From the NCBI GenBank assembly GCA_002726495.1, contig PBTH01000005.1:13243-77242 (forward strand): a stretch of DNA of 64,000 nt. The letters are read 5' to 3'. The notes beneath the pieces are model-generated. The model saw only the letters and a list, made by a program, of their open reading frames with translations. It was not told the DNA's origin and searched no databases. The translations under genes and the position numbers were made by a program. The stretch is from Methanobacteriota archaeon (GTDB taxonomy: Archaea > Thermoplasmatota > Poseidoniia > Poseidoniales > Poseidoniaceae). Below are positions 52,301-61,694 of the stretch, one piece after another (the first letter of the stretch is position 1; each line of letters begins with the position of its first letter).

Positions 52301-55300
52301 CCTTCTCATCGTGTAATCCTCAACTTCAGTGTATTGGCCGTTGGTTTGCCAACCGACTAAACCTTCGGGGGTCGTTACCCAGACATGCGTTCCTGTAACG
52401 ATGCCGTCGGTGATGTCACCTTGGTTGAATGATGTGAGGCGAGCATGCCCCGTCGTTCGAGATTCGCTCAGCGTAGCGGATGTACTGCCGAATGCGATAA
52501 GTTCGTCGCCGTTGCTCATCATTCCATCAACAGGCCATGTTGGTGTTTGATAGGATGCTAAACCGTCTTCGAAGGTTGTACTTGAGGCGTTCCAATGCGT
52601 CATTGGCCCGACATCCGACGCGATGTGCAGGCCCCACCAATCGTTGGTGAGGGCAGTAACGGTATTGGAAGGAAGTTGGTCAAATCTGTGTGTTGAAATG
52701 ACTTGCATGGTTCCCGAATCGATCATTGTGACTCCAGGCCGGTCAGCCCCACGACCATCGTGACTCAAGACGAGAACAGGGCTTGCTCCGGGTGTGTTCG
52801 CTGGGATGACAGTAAGGCCCCATGTTGATGTGGCCATGAGCCCGTCTGAAGTGTCCATGAGAGTGGATGTTTCTGTGATTTCATCCCAAATAATCAATCC
52901 AGAAGGCGTAGCAAAGTATGCTTTGGTCCCGATGACCAAAACATCTTCGATAACATTGTTCTGAAGGCCGCTGCTGGTTGTTATGGAATCCATCCAATCC
53001 GAAGTGGAGTAATTAAATCGGCCAATACCTCCATTGGTTCCGATGTACATGATGTTGCTTGAAGCGTCAAATCCGTTAACGATGTTTGACGGTAAGCCAG
53101 CGATAAGACGGCCGACGTCAAATTGTTGGTTGTTGAGGTCAAATGTTTGTACACCAGGAGGGCTCCCTCCTTCACCGGCCAATCCGATGATGAGGTGATT
53201 GTTGTAAAGCTTCATTTGGTCAAATTTAGTATGGAGTGCTCCATTGATTGGCATTAGATTCTTGTTGAGGACATCGAGCTTCATCAGACCGCTGGGCGTT
53301 GTGGCAATGAAGAGGTCGTCTCCTTGAAGATGGAAATCAGTACCTCTGGAATTTGAACCCATGGTCCATCCATATTCCCATTCAACATCGCCATTCGGCT
53401 GGAAGGTTCCTTGTAGAAGTCCAGCCCCGCTGCTCGCTCCGTTTCCACCCTGCCCGATTCCGCCGGTTGCGGCCCAAATATGAGTGGAATTACCAGTCAT
53501 TGCTGTGATTTGACCGCTTACAAGTCCGGGAAGGTCAACCACTTTTTGCATGCCGAGGGTTGACAAGGTGGACACGTGGCTGTAACCCGATGAACCACCT
53601 GCTTGCCCCATCATCCATCCAGTTGAGCCTCCAAGCCACTGGAATGAGGTTACGGATGAGCCTCCGCCTTGGACATTCGCTTGTGTCGTTGTTGCTCCGT
53701 TGGAAGACATGATTGAGTACCCGCCACCAATGATGTTGGAGCCTGAATTTCCGAGTCCATGGCCGACGATCAGTTGTCCGTTTGCATGAGCGAGAGAATC
53801 GTACCAAATTCGGTCACTGGGGAGATTGTGACTTGCCGTTGTTAAACTTGTGAGGAAGGAATTGGATGAGAAACTGTATTTTGAGATGGGTTGATTGTCG
53901 TTGTAGTAACCGATGTAAAGCGTATCGGAAGTGTCACAAGTGACAGAAGCGGGAGCGGTTCCATCCAATTGTGAACGGTCAAATCCTGAAAGTGCAGTTT
54001 GGTTTTGAAGGTCCAATCGAGCAATACCGCCGTTGTTGTTGAACATGGCGATGTTCAATGCACCACCGCACATTTCCATGGAAATCGGGTATCCATTGGG
54101 GATGTTGGTATAGGAATCGGCTGGGTAGGAGGACCACGAACCTGTGCCGTCACGGTGCGAGATAATCCCTTCAGCAAATCCACCCCATCCTTGGAAGCGA
54201 GCACCGCCAACGACGAGATTGGAACCGTCGGTCCACAATTCATAGAATATTGTACCTGCATTGGTGGGCAGCCCGTTACCAGCGGTCCACTTTGCAGCCC
54301 ATTGGTTGGATGTTTCGTTGTAGCGGTGGATTCCATCTTCAGCAGCAAAGAGAACGTGACCATCGTATTCTACAATGCCGCGAATTGGCAGTTCGTAGGT
54401 GTCCCATGAACCAATCCGCGTGCCGTTGGGGGCATGGAGATCAAGCCTGAGTTCGCCCCATGCAACCCAGGTGTTTCCTGAGCTTGTGCGATAGGAAGTT
54501 ACGCGGTCAATTGAGCCGGTTGGAAGGATGTTGTTTGCGAACGAACTGTTTGTGGTATTCCACATTGCAATACCCCCGGAACCATCGGCATTCCACCATT
54601 GCCCTGAAACGACACTGGTCATGAGGATGTCTCCAACCAGATTCATTCCAGCGATATCTCCTCCGTTTTGCCCAACCTGTGCGCCAATGTCCAGGTCGCC
54701 TACATTGGTCAAGTTGAACACATCAAGACGGCTTACTTCGTCGCTGGCAGTTCCAGAATGATAATACATGATGTTGTTGTGAATAATCATGCCGTAAGGG
54801 TCACCGTTTGCACTGTAGAGGCTGCTTGATTTCTCAATATCGTATGCTTCACCGCCCGTGGTGACGTTGATGAGTTGGAACCCATCATTGCCGCCGACCC
54901 AGAGTAAATTTTGTCGGATGTCTGCTACAAGTCCGGTGACATCGTCATTGCCTCCATCGAGAACACCGTTGTCTTCATTGAACGGTACTAGCCATTCGTT
55001 GGAGGTGATGTTGTAGCGCAACACGCCCAAACCATCGGTTCCGATGTAAGCGATATCCCCCATTGTTTCTACAAGGGCATTGCCCGTTTGGGTTCCTTGA
55101 CCCCAGTTGTAATCATGTTGGAAGTTGGACTTGGTGATGAGTCCCACTCCACTGGTGGTTCCACCATAGACGTAGGTGTTGTCGTATCCGACGCTGTAGG
55201 TGGCCCAGTTGGGCATCCCGTCGTACACATTTTGACAATCTACGACTGCTAGCGTTGACAACGTGTATTTGCATACACCAATGTTGGTGCCCGCGTAGAG

Positions 55301-57610
55301 TGAGCCGCCATCGATGGTAAAGTCAAAGAATTGAGAGGGGCGCGTCACCCAACTGCTTCCTTGGCCAAAGTTTGTTATTTGGGCACCGTCCCATTTTCGC
55401 GCACCTTGTTGTGTTCCGATGTAAAGATTTGAACCGTCGCTTTCAAGGGCGTAAATTTCGCTGCTAGGCAGTGGGGCGTTTCTTCCGCTTGCAAGAATTG
55501 GAGAAAGGATTTCCCCGGTAGAGATGTCTTTACGAACTACGCCGTATCCCTGAAGGCCAAGATGGAGAATATTCCCCACCATAGCAACGCCAGCATAATC
55601 AACGCCGTTAATGCCAGTAGAGCCCCAAGGTGTCAACCAAGAATCGTTGGCAATATCGTAGCGTAGAACTCCTTTATCTTCGCTGGCCACATACGCCTTT
55701 CCACCGTTGAGTACAGCATCTCCAAGCAGAGAGGTTGGTATTCCGTTGGTCGTGTCGTATTGGATACAAACTCCACTTGAACGGTTGATGATCGAGAAGC
55801 CACCATCTTCCAGACTGATAATGACATGGCTTCCATCAACATCTATGCTCAATATTTCTGAACTGATGTCCCAGCAATTGGTCGATGACCATGAGGCAAC
55901 TTGAGTTCCGTTGCTTGCAAGTTGGGAGATATCTGCACTTCTGTAGGCTACGAACAGATCGGTGCCGTCGGTTTCCATTGCAGAAATCTCCGTCATCGCA
56001 TAACCGATTGGGGTGAGCCATTCCGAATTGCCAACATCGTATTTGCTGATGATTGAAGCCCCTTGGTATTCCCCTGCGATGTAAAGAATGCCGTTGACTT
56101 CTACAATGTGCAACATCTCGTCCGTTGCGGGGCCGCTTGCAAGGCTGATATTCCCTTGAAGCAGCGGCGTTTGATTCGGAGTGAGGTGGGCCAATGTGCC
56201 CCATCCATCGGTTATGAGCAAGCCGGTTTGGCTTGGTGATGCGGGCCCGACGTTGGGCCAAACCATCATTTTTTGGCCGTCTTGGCTAAGGCCAAAGTCC
56301 GACAGTGAGTACGATGTTGCGAAGACTCCGTTTGTGGTGTTGTAAACATGGAGTGAACCTCCGTTGAGAATGAAGAGGTTGTCGTCAACCCTGGCAAGGC
56401 CGGCAATTTCGTCGCTATCAAGCCAGTTTGACGCAGACCATGTTGAAAGCCAGAATCCTGCAACGTAATCGAAACGAGCGAGGCCGTTATCGGATGAGCC
56501 AAGAAGAAGTTGATTTCCGGAAACCGCCATCGTGGTGACATCATCAGAGTGAAGTGTATTCCCGGTGTTCCACGATGATAACGGCGAGTTGGTTGCGAGG
56601 TCGTACCTCAACACTCCGGCGCCATCAAAGGCAGTGTAGAGGATGCCGTTAACTTCGAGCATGGTCGTGGCCGAATCCGGCACGATTTGTCCTGAGATCG
56701 TTTGGACGCTGTTCCATCCAGCGCCGTCCCACTTAGAGACGCCTTCTGAGTTGGCACCGTAGTAGTCTCCTGAGGTTGTGGGTAAGAAGGCATCAAATGA
56801 TTGAGTTGGCTCTTGCATTGCCATGATTGCACTTGAATTGCTCAAGGAGAGCGCATGCATTGTTCCGTCATTTGCAAGAAGATGGATGGTGTTGTATTGC
56901 AAGTCGATGCCCATTGAATGAATTCCCTCATGCTCTTCAAAACTGATCATGTCAATGACAGTAGGGTCTGAGTTGGCGTCAAGCATGAGCAGGTCGTTGT
57001 TTGCAGCGACATACATGAGTCCTAGATCAGGGTGAATGGCGTAATCGTTGATGAAAACCGTGGCAATGCTTAGGGAAACGGCTGGGTCCACTGGGGCAAG
57101 CGATTGAATGATCATCTCGGTGATTTCAGCGTCGGACGGAAGCGTCCAGCCCGCATTGGAGTTGCTGTTTGGGTTCAAACGCCCCTCATACACGGCACCG
57201 TTGTCAAACTGGTTTGATTCACCCAACACACCATAACCAGACCAATCAAACAGGTTCGTTCCCATTCCCTCAATAGCGAGAAGTGGCTCCTCGATGACCA
57301 TCCCGTCAGCTCCACTGACGCGAACTTCAAGCGTGACGTTTGATAATTCAGCACCGGGTGCAAAACTCAGATTCCAATCTGCGGTTGCTTGAGCTCCTGT
57401 TGTTTGATTGGCTCCAGTAGCGTCCAATGTTACCCATCCTGTGTCGTTGCTACCTTCAAGAGGCCATGTGACTCCACTTGGTTCAGCGTGAGCCGAAACC
57501 GTTGGAAGCGTCAGCAATGGTGCCATTGACATGAGCACCATCAGGAGCACCATTGACAAGGCGCGGCTGGTCGCACGGGCATCATTTCCAGCCCCCCGGG
57601 TAGGATTCAT
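49310..57610 (-). CDS. giant secreted, membrane-anchored surface protein (about 2766 aa): multi-propeller region plus six FN3-like modules
   Basis: Signal peptide (MNPTRGAGNDARATSRALSMVLLMVLMSMAPLLTLPTVSA). More than 15 Reg_prop-like beta-propeller blades (GAGVLRYDLATNS, DNGLARFDYVAGFW, DKGVLRYDIANDSW, DGLGVLRYNITSNEW, GGIGRFNYSTSDW...). Six FN3-like modules lie at about 49790-51900. TM helix LIAAGMLIIVLLLLVLVV and a tail of about 110 aa. The sequence is very rich in sequons. Start taken at ATG 57610. Confidence 0.85.
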   Translation of the reverse strand: MNPTRGAGNDARATSRALSMVLLMVLMSMAPLLTLPTVSAHAEPSGVTWPLEGSNDTGWVTLDATGANQTTGAQATADWNLSFAPGAELSNVTLEVRVSGADGMVIEEPLLAIEGMGTNLFDWSGYGVLGESNQFDNGAVYEGRLNPNSNSNAGWTLPSDAEITEMIIQSLAPVDPAVSLSIATVFINDYAIHPDLGLMYVAANNDLLMLDANSDPTVIDMISFEEHEGIHSMGIDLQYNTIHLLANDGTMHALSLSNSSAIMAMQEPTQSFDAFLPTTSGDYYGANSEGVSKWDGAGWNSVQTISGQIVPDSATTMLEVNGILYTAFDGAGVLRYDLATNSPLSSWNTGNTLHSDDVTTMAVSGNQLLLGSSDNGLARFDYVAGFWLSTWSASNWLDSDEIAGLARVDDNLFILNGGSLHVYNTTNGVFATSYSLSDFGLSQDGQKMMVWPNVGPASPSQTGLLITDGWGTLAHLTPNQTPLLQGNISLASGPATDEMLHIVEVNGILYIAGEYQGASIISKYDVGNSEWLTPIGYAMTEISAMETDGTDLFVAYRSADISQLASNGTQVASWSSTNCWDISSEILSIDVDGSHVIISLEDGGFSIINRSSGVCIQYDTTNGIPTSLLGDAVLNGGKAYVASEDKGVLRYDIANDSWLTPWGSTGINGVDYAGVAMVGNILHLGLQGYGVVRKDISTGEILSPILASGRNAPLPSSEIYALESDGSNLYIGTQQGARKWDGAQITNFGQGSSWVTRPSQFFDFTIDGGSLYAGTNIGVCKYTLSTLAVVDCQNVYDGMPNWATYSVGYDNTYVYGGTTSGVGLITKSNFQHDYNWGQGTQTGNALVETMGDIAYIGTDGLGVLRYNITSNEWLVPFNEDNGVLDGGNDDVTGLVADIRQNLLWVGGNDGFQLINVTTGGEAYDIEKSSSLYSANGDPYGMIIHNNIMYYHSGTASDEVSRLDVFNLTNVGDLDIGAQVGQNGGDIAGMNLVGDILMTSVVSGQWWNADGSGGIAMWNTTNSSFANNILPTGSIDRVTSYRTSSGNTWVAWGELRLDLHAPNGTRIGSWDTYELPIRGIVEYDGHVLFAAEDGIHRYNETSNQWAAKWTAGNGLPTNAGTIFYELWTDGSNLVVGGARFQGWGGFAEGIISHRDGTGSWSSYPADSYTNIPNGYPISMEMCGGALNIAMFNNNGGIARLDLQNQTALSGFDRSQLDGTAPASVTCDTSDTLYIGYYNDNQPISKYSFSSNSFLTSLTTASHNLPSDRIWYDSLAHANGQLIVGHGLGNSGSNIIGGGYSIMSSNGATTTQANVQGGGSSVTSFQWLGGSTGWMMGQAGGSSGYSHVSTLSTLGMQKVVDLPGLVSGQITAMTGNSTHIWAATGGIGQGGNGASSGAGLLQGTFQPNGDVEWEYGWTMGSNSRGTDFHLQGDDLFIATTPSGLMKLDVLNKNLMPINGALHTKFDQMKLYNNHLIIGLAGEGGSPPGVQTFDLNNQQFDVGRLIAGLPSNIVNGFDASSNIMYIGTNGGIGRFNYSTSDWMDSITTSSGLQNNVIEDVLVIGTKAYFATPSGLIIWDEITETSTLMDTSDGLMATSTWGLTVIPANTPGASPVLVLSHDGRGADRPGVTMIDSGTMQVISTHRFDQLPSNTVTALTNDWWGLHIASDVGPMTHWNASSTTFEDGLASYQTPTWPVDGMMSNGDELIAFGSTSATLSESRTTGHARLTSFNQGDITDGIVTGTHVWVTTPEGLVGWQTNGQYTEVEDYTMRRAHPLTVRALTNSGGTNITTMTHPGVDITLVDPTGPYALDGTQGTAGAHGLLFQTVPLVFTSPANGAAIWAKSVSLKYDATLDISQDPNLGSTLQMAVDNGLLYDNTRHVQLRLYSPSNGSMEARITYDYIRTDTPVDMEGLEDRPDDGGSTLTASWSLVHDEDFARYLVFLNEGPWSTLPDELALMGQTPDKTVSLHSRLSADIETANGQPLIDGADYYAVVVVEYTDGRWGEVSAPFGPASPSDEVPSAPLWATASAMGSNGEDGDLELEWARCTAIDLAQTNVYVSTSIMTDALGLSPKESYLPNNGNQSIISLTPGLPVWLGFTCVDEAGQENLSDVTIVGPVVPTGELNDNQAPDPIEGTGAADIPDDEGGRVSVYWNQSLAEDCAFYTVFMKQGGNSAEESVSIGTVNGFSQAAVINSCEDTEATITSLDGVPLIDGQIYSVGVVAYDVWLNGNIDEVRLVTVTPFQNIIGSGTAPERITSLLAFDHANDDGTAIDVVWTPSGADDFASYTVWVADQPVSDLAIAYATFGTNPDVCGCFTFNKQWIDERTNPIELTISTALYGTNGETTGLSSSTPQLIQPGIELYVAVTVHDLKGNVHLTDLTQATVTPIDNVNDNTPPDRLNDIELTDRPNDDGSAVLLDFELSTADDIAHYDVYAATFEFDGTSQNGQALSSIAKLGRNPTLPLTIEVVEGDTPVIAGQDIWVAVVAVDTSGNAHTTNLVVIKGQSIDDGVTDLGSYLPDIEGITASWNEETSILVEWEHSTDAQVRGYQVYISDESFEDIADATMIGDVKASNSFLITPKLFEELDNSTAWYVAVTPYDESVSKETVSAFKLNAFGKDGTTDDGGEDAGQLSLESLLTGPNLIAAGMLIIVLLLLVLVVRSRGNSNRRSKNWELQEATWGIQDQGWGSTPAEAPPAPPQGVSQQQATDIYAAAEQIQTGNYGREVYQAPQPVLRPQQVSSDTFDALLGESSAPPSPQIDTSFLDDLL

Positions 57611-57812
57611 GGAGCACACCGGACTTTCAGGGTATTTGAAAGGGGCTCCTTCTTGTCTAAACAAGAATTCATTGTATTTCTCTAAAATTATTGAAAAATT
57701 GCCTAAATATTCAGTTCGAAGTCACCGTTGAGGTGGTGAAAAACGCCTTTGACCACCGAGGACTCACACAACACTCAAACCATAAGTGTCTGCCGTTGGA
57801 TAAGTGGTCAAT

Positions 57813-60134
57813 ATGGAACGAGAAGCCAAAGAGCGATTGCTCCGAAAAGAAGCGCTGGAATACCATGAGGCTGAACCGCGCGGCAAAATCAAGGTCGTCC
57901 CAACCAAACCTCATGCTACAGCTCACGAATTGAGCCTTGCTTACTCCCCAGGTGTGGCCTATCCATGTTTGGAAATTGAAAAGCGCCCCGAAGACGCCTA
58001 CAAGTACACCTCAAAAGGCAATCTTGTTGCCGTTATTTCCAATGGAACGGCCGTTCTTGGCCTTGGTAATATCGGACCTCTTGCAAGCAAGCCCGTGATG
58101 GAAGGAAAAGGCCTTCTTCTGAAAACCTTCGCCGGCATTGATGTTTTTGACATTGAAGTGGATACCGAAGACCCAGAAGAATTCATCAGTACCGTCGTCA
58201 ATATTTCCAAAACCTTTGGAGGAATCAATCTTGAGGACATCAAGGCGCCTGAGTGCTTTGAGATCGAGCGACGCATCGCCGAAGCAACCGATGTTCCAGT
58301 CATGCACGATGATCAACATGGGACGGCAATCATTTCCGCAGCAGCCCTCCTCAATGCAGCAGAACTGCAAGAAAAACCTCTCAATAGCCTGAAGGTTGTT
58401 GTTATCGGAGCGGGAGCGTCGGCTCTTGCATGTGCCAACCACTACGTTGCTATCGGGGTGAGCAGGGAGAACATCACGCTCGTTGACAGTCAAGGCATCG
58501 TTACGAAGAAGCGATTGGATGCTGGAGAGTTAAACGAATACAAAGCTCCATTTGCCCATGAACGCCCTGCCGGTGACCTAAGTGATGCGATGATTGGTGC
58601 AGACGTCATGCTGGGTCTGTCCAGAGGCGGTTTGGTTAGCAAGGATATGGTCAAGAGCATGGCAGATAAACCAATTATTTTTGCGCTAGCGAACCCAACT
58701 CCCGAAATCCTTCCCGAAGAGATTCTTGCTGTACGCCAGGATGCCATTATTGCTACTGGACGCTCGGATTATGCGAATCAAGTGAACAATGTTCTTGGAT
58801 TCCCATACATTTTCCGTGGCGCATTGGATGTTCGTGCACGAGACATCACTCAAAACATGAAGATGGCGGCAACACGTGCACTTGCTGAACTGGCAAAGGA
58901 ACCTGTACCCGATTATATTTCAGCAGCTTATGATGGCGTCGTCATGCAATACGGGCCCGAATACATCATCCCGAAACCGTTTGACCGACGTGTCTTGATA
59001 TGGGAGGCTGCTGCAGTGGCCCAAGCGGCCGTAGATGAAGGGATTGCAGGAGTCGCAGCAGCGGACTTTGACGTCACTCGCTACAAAGAGGAACTTGAAT
59101 CTCGGCTTGGGGAATCCTACTCAGTCATGCGACAAGTCATCAATCAAGTCAAAGGAAGAGGCAAGAGAATTGTATTCCCTGAAGGTGACAATGAAGCTGT
59201 GCTTCGCGCAGCGGCACAACTAGCGGAACAGCGCATATGTTTCCCGATTTTACTTGGACCAATCGACCGTATTGACCGAATGGTTGGTGAATTGGGACTC
59301 CACTTTGAATACGAACGATACGATCCAAGGTACGATGAACGCCGGAAGGCTGAGTATGCAGACGCCTTCTTTGCGAAACGTCAGCGAAAGGGCACCACCT
59401 GGCCTGATGCTGCACGTTTGTTGAAGAGTCGGCCGTATTTTGCTAGCCAGATGGTTGAGTTTGGTCATGCCGATGGATTCGTTGGCGGTGTGAGTCGGAA
59501 TTACGCCGATGTTTTGCGTCCAACGCTTCAACTGATTGGGAAATCAGAGAACAGCCATTGTATCATCGGATGTTACATGATGAACATCAAAGGGCGAACG
59601 ATCTTCCTCGCCGATGCAACCGTCAATGTTTATCCAGACAGTAGAACGCTGGCAGAGATTGCTGTTCAGACCGCCAAAGTTGCCCGAAGATTTGGCGTAA
59701 TTCCACGCGTAGGCATGCTTTCGTTCTCTAATTTTGGCTCTACTCGGGCTCAGAGAAGTGAACGCATTGAGGAGGCGGTTAAAATCGCAAGAGAACTTGA
59801 CCCGTCTTTGGTTATAGAAGGGCCAATGCAAGGTGATACTGCACTGAATCCAACCGTTCAAGCGGAATATCCGTTTATGGAATTGAAGGGCCCAGCAAAT
59901 GTGCTCGTACTGCCTAATCTCGCGGCAGCAAACATAGCGTACAAGTTACTGGAGGAGCTCGGTGATGCAGAAATGACAGGACCTATTCTCGAAGGCATGG
60001 CTCGACCTGTACAACTCGTCGCCCGTCAAGATGGGGTTCGGCATATTGTCAACATGGCAACGATTTGTGCTGCTGATGCAATCCGCAGTGAATCTTATTG
60101 GGATACATTATCTGATGTATCCTTAGACGGCTGA
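57813..60134 (+). CDS. maeB: NADP-dependent malic enzyme, MaeB type (malic enzyme core plus C-terminal phosphotransacetylase-like domain)
   Basis: EALEYHE, ELSLAYSPGVA, AVISNGTAVLGLGNIG, the NAD(P) fold VVVIGAGASALA, and FALANPTPE. A PTA-like domain of about 330 aa follows (RIVFPEGDNEAVLRAA...). ATG 57813 is preferred over GTG 57804. Confidence 0.9.
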   Translation: MEREAKERLLRKEALEYHEAEPRGKIKVVPTKPHATAHELSLAYSPGVAYPCLEIEKRPEDAYKYTSKGNLVAVISNGTAVLGLGNIGPLASKPVMEGKGLLLKTFAGIDVFDIEVDTEDPEEFISTVVNISKTFGGINLEDIKAPECFEIERRIAEATDVPVMHDDQHGTAIISAAALLNAAELQEKPLNSLKVVVIGAGASALACANHYVAIGVSRENITLVDSQGIVTKKRLDAGELNEYKAPFAHERPAGDLSDAMIGADVMLGLSRGGLVSKDMVKSMADKPIIFALANPTPEILPEEILAVRQDAIIATGRSDYANQVNNVLGFPYIFRGALDVRARDITQNMKMAATRALAELAKEPVPDYISAAYDGVVMQYGPEYIIPKPFDRRVLIWEAAAVAQAAVDEGIAGVAAADFDVTRYKEELESRLGESYSVMRQVINQVKGRGKRIVFPEGDNEAVLRAAAQLAEQRICFPILLGPIDRIDRMVGELGLHFEYERYDPRYDERRKAEYADAFFAKRQRKGTTWPDAARLLKSRPYFASQMVEFGHADGFVGGVSRNYADVLRPTLQLIGKSENSHCIIGCYMMNIKGRTIFLADATVNVYPDSRTLAEIAVQTAKVARRFGVIPRVGMLSFSNFGSTRAQRSERIEEAVKIARELDPSLVIEGPMQGDTALNPTVQAEYPFMELKGPANVLVLPNLAAANIAYKLLEELGDAEMTGPILEGMARPVQLVARQDGVRHIVNMATICAADAIRSESYWDTLSDVSLDG

Positions 60135-60967
60135 ACTGAATCATACCGTAGAATGGGTCGCTTCGGTCGCCAGAAGGCACCGGTGAAAAATCCGACGCAC
60201 AATCCTCCAAAAAAGAGATTGAACCACCCATCGATAGCATAAGCGCCCATGCCCCGAGCGATGGGTATAGCAAAAGACGGAACGATGCCCAGAACGGTTG
60301 TCCATAACAGTTCAGACCGAACGTTTGCCCATGTGTCAGCGGACGATGGTACACGTTTGGCTGGTTGAGAGCGAATCGGTGTTAGAACAAAACGAGCAAA
60401 TACATCTGGGAGGGCGCGTTGTGCTGGCACTGTGCCCTTGAGAAACACGCTCGTATTGCGAGGGTGAACGGCCATAAGAGCCGACTGAGATGCAGCAGGC
60501 CCGATGAGTTCGTTAGGACGGGGGCGGCCATCCATCATTGCACCCCGATTGTTTGAGGTCGGGCCGTCCACAAGGCGTTCATTTCCACCTGCTTGCAGTT
60601 CAATTGCGTTTTGTTGTTGCGCAAGGTACCATTCTGCTTCGGATGGAAGGCGGATTTCCCATTCCCCATCTTGTGCTTCACAGAATTCTTTGAATTCATT
60701 GCATTCCATAACCGACTGTGCGACTTCTTCAAGGTCCTTTTCAGTCAAATCATCAACCGGCAATTTTGCTTTTCCGGAAGGAACCGGGAGGTCAAGAATG
60801 CTTGCAATTTGTTCGTGATTGAGATAGGTGTTCATGGTGTAATAGGTGGGCAAGCATGCTTCGTAAGCAGGCCGTTGGCTCGAATACATCCAACCTCCTT
60901 TGTTGGAGCCGAGAACGATGATACCCGGGCTGACTTTGACAAAGTCGAGCGTTGCGAGACGGACCAT
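60095..60967 (-). CDS. FGE/SUMF1-like (formylglycine-generating-enzyme fold) domain protein with C-terminal TM helices
   Basis: FVKVSPGIIVLGS...RPAYEACLPTYYTMNTYLNHEQ and the signature-like IRLPSEAEWYLAQ (compare RLPTEAEWEYAAR). C-terminal helices LLWTTVLGIVPSFAIPIA and WFNLFFGGLCVGFFTGAF. ATG 60967 chosen. Confidence 0.5.
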   Translation of the reverse strand: MVRLATLDFVKVSPGIIVLGSNKGGWMYSSQRPAYEACLPTYYTMNTYLNHEQIASILDLPVPSGKAKLPVDDLTEKDLEEVAQSVMECNEFKEFCEAQDGEWEIRLPSEAEWYLAQQQNAIELQAGGNERLVDGPTSNNRGAMMDGRPRPNELIGPAASQSALMAVHPRNTSVFLKGTVPAQRALPDVFARFVLTPIRSQPAKRVPSSADTWANVRSELLWTTVLGIVPSFAIPIARGMGAYAIDGWFNLFFGGLCVGFFTGAFWRPKRPILRYDSVQPSKDTSDNVSQ

Positions 60968-60972
60968 GTTGT

Positions 60973-61668
60973 TCACTTCGCAAGGGTCCCTTCCATTCGC
61001 TTGTACCATGCGATTCCAGCAGCATGGTCGGTCAATTGATTAAATTGAGGAAAGGGAGATATGGAGCGCATGTATCCGAACGCAGCGAAATCCACCAAAT
61101 CTGGACTTGAGCCACCAAAGAAATCCTTCCCGTCGTGCGACGTTGTAAATTCTGTCAGCAAGTCGTGCCAGAGTTGTTTTGGTTTTCGTCCATCCTTCTT
61201 GACTCGCTTTTTGGCAATAATTCCCCACATGATCGGAAATCCTGCCCAAGCATAGAGTCGCTTTGAAATAAAACCGAATTTTTCAATTTTTGAAATCCTG
61301 GTGGTTGTTTTTAGAGCAGAACCAAGAGAGCCGTAAAGAATCGGAACGGTGGCTTTCGACATATGTGTGTCCACCCACTCCAACCACTGGTGTTGGCGCT
61401 CAGCATCGCCCATCGCAGCCATTTTCCCGTTGTTGTAGGCGGCGTCAATGTGTTTGAGAAGCGGTGTTGAATCAACGAAGTGCTTTCCTTCTTCATCTGT
61501 AAAGACCGGAACCTTTCCCCAATCATCAGCAAATGCCACGGATTTTTTGATCTTCATTCCATTGACAGGAACGTAATCAACGCCCATCCCGAGGTGCTCA
61601 ATCAGCCCTCGAACTTTCCAACAAAATGGGCAGGTGTAGAGCATGTGCAACGTTGGAGTTTGACCCAT
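60973..61668 (-). CDS. glutaredoxin-2 / GST N-terminal-domain family protein (PGES2-like)
   Basis: Redox motif LYTCPFCWKVRGLIEHLG (CPFC), GKVPVFTDEEGKHFVDSTPLLKHI (the cis-Pro and GSH-site pattern), and an alpha-helical GST-C-like part. TTG 61698 is an alternative start. Confidence 0.6.
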   Translation of the reverse strand: MGQTPTLHMLYTCPFCWKVRGLIEHLGMGVDYVPVNGMKIKKSVAFADDWGKVPVFTDEEGKHFVDSTPLLKHIDAAYNNGKMAAMGDAERQHQWLEWVDTHMSKATVPILYGSLGSALKTTTRISKIEKFGFISKRLYAWAGFPIMWGIIAKKRVKKDGRKPKQLWHDLLTEFTTSHDGKDFFGGSSPDLVDFAAFGYMRSISPFPQFNQLTDHAAGIAWYKRMEGTLAK

Positions 61669-61694
61669 GTGTGAGGGCGAGAGCCGGACCTTAT

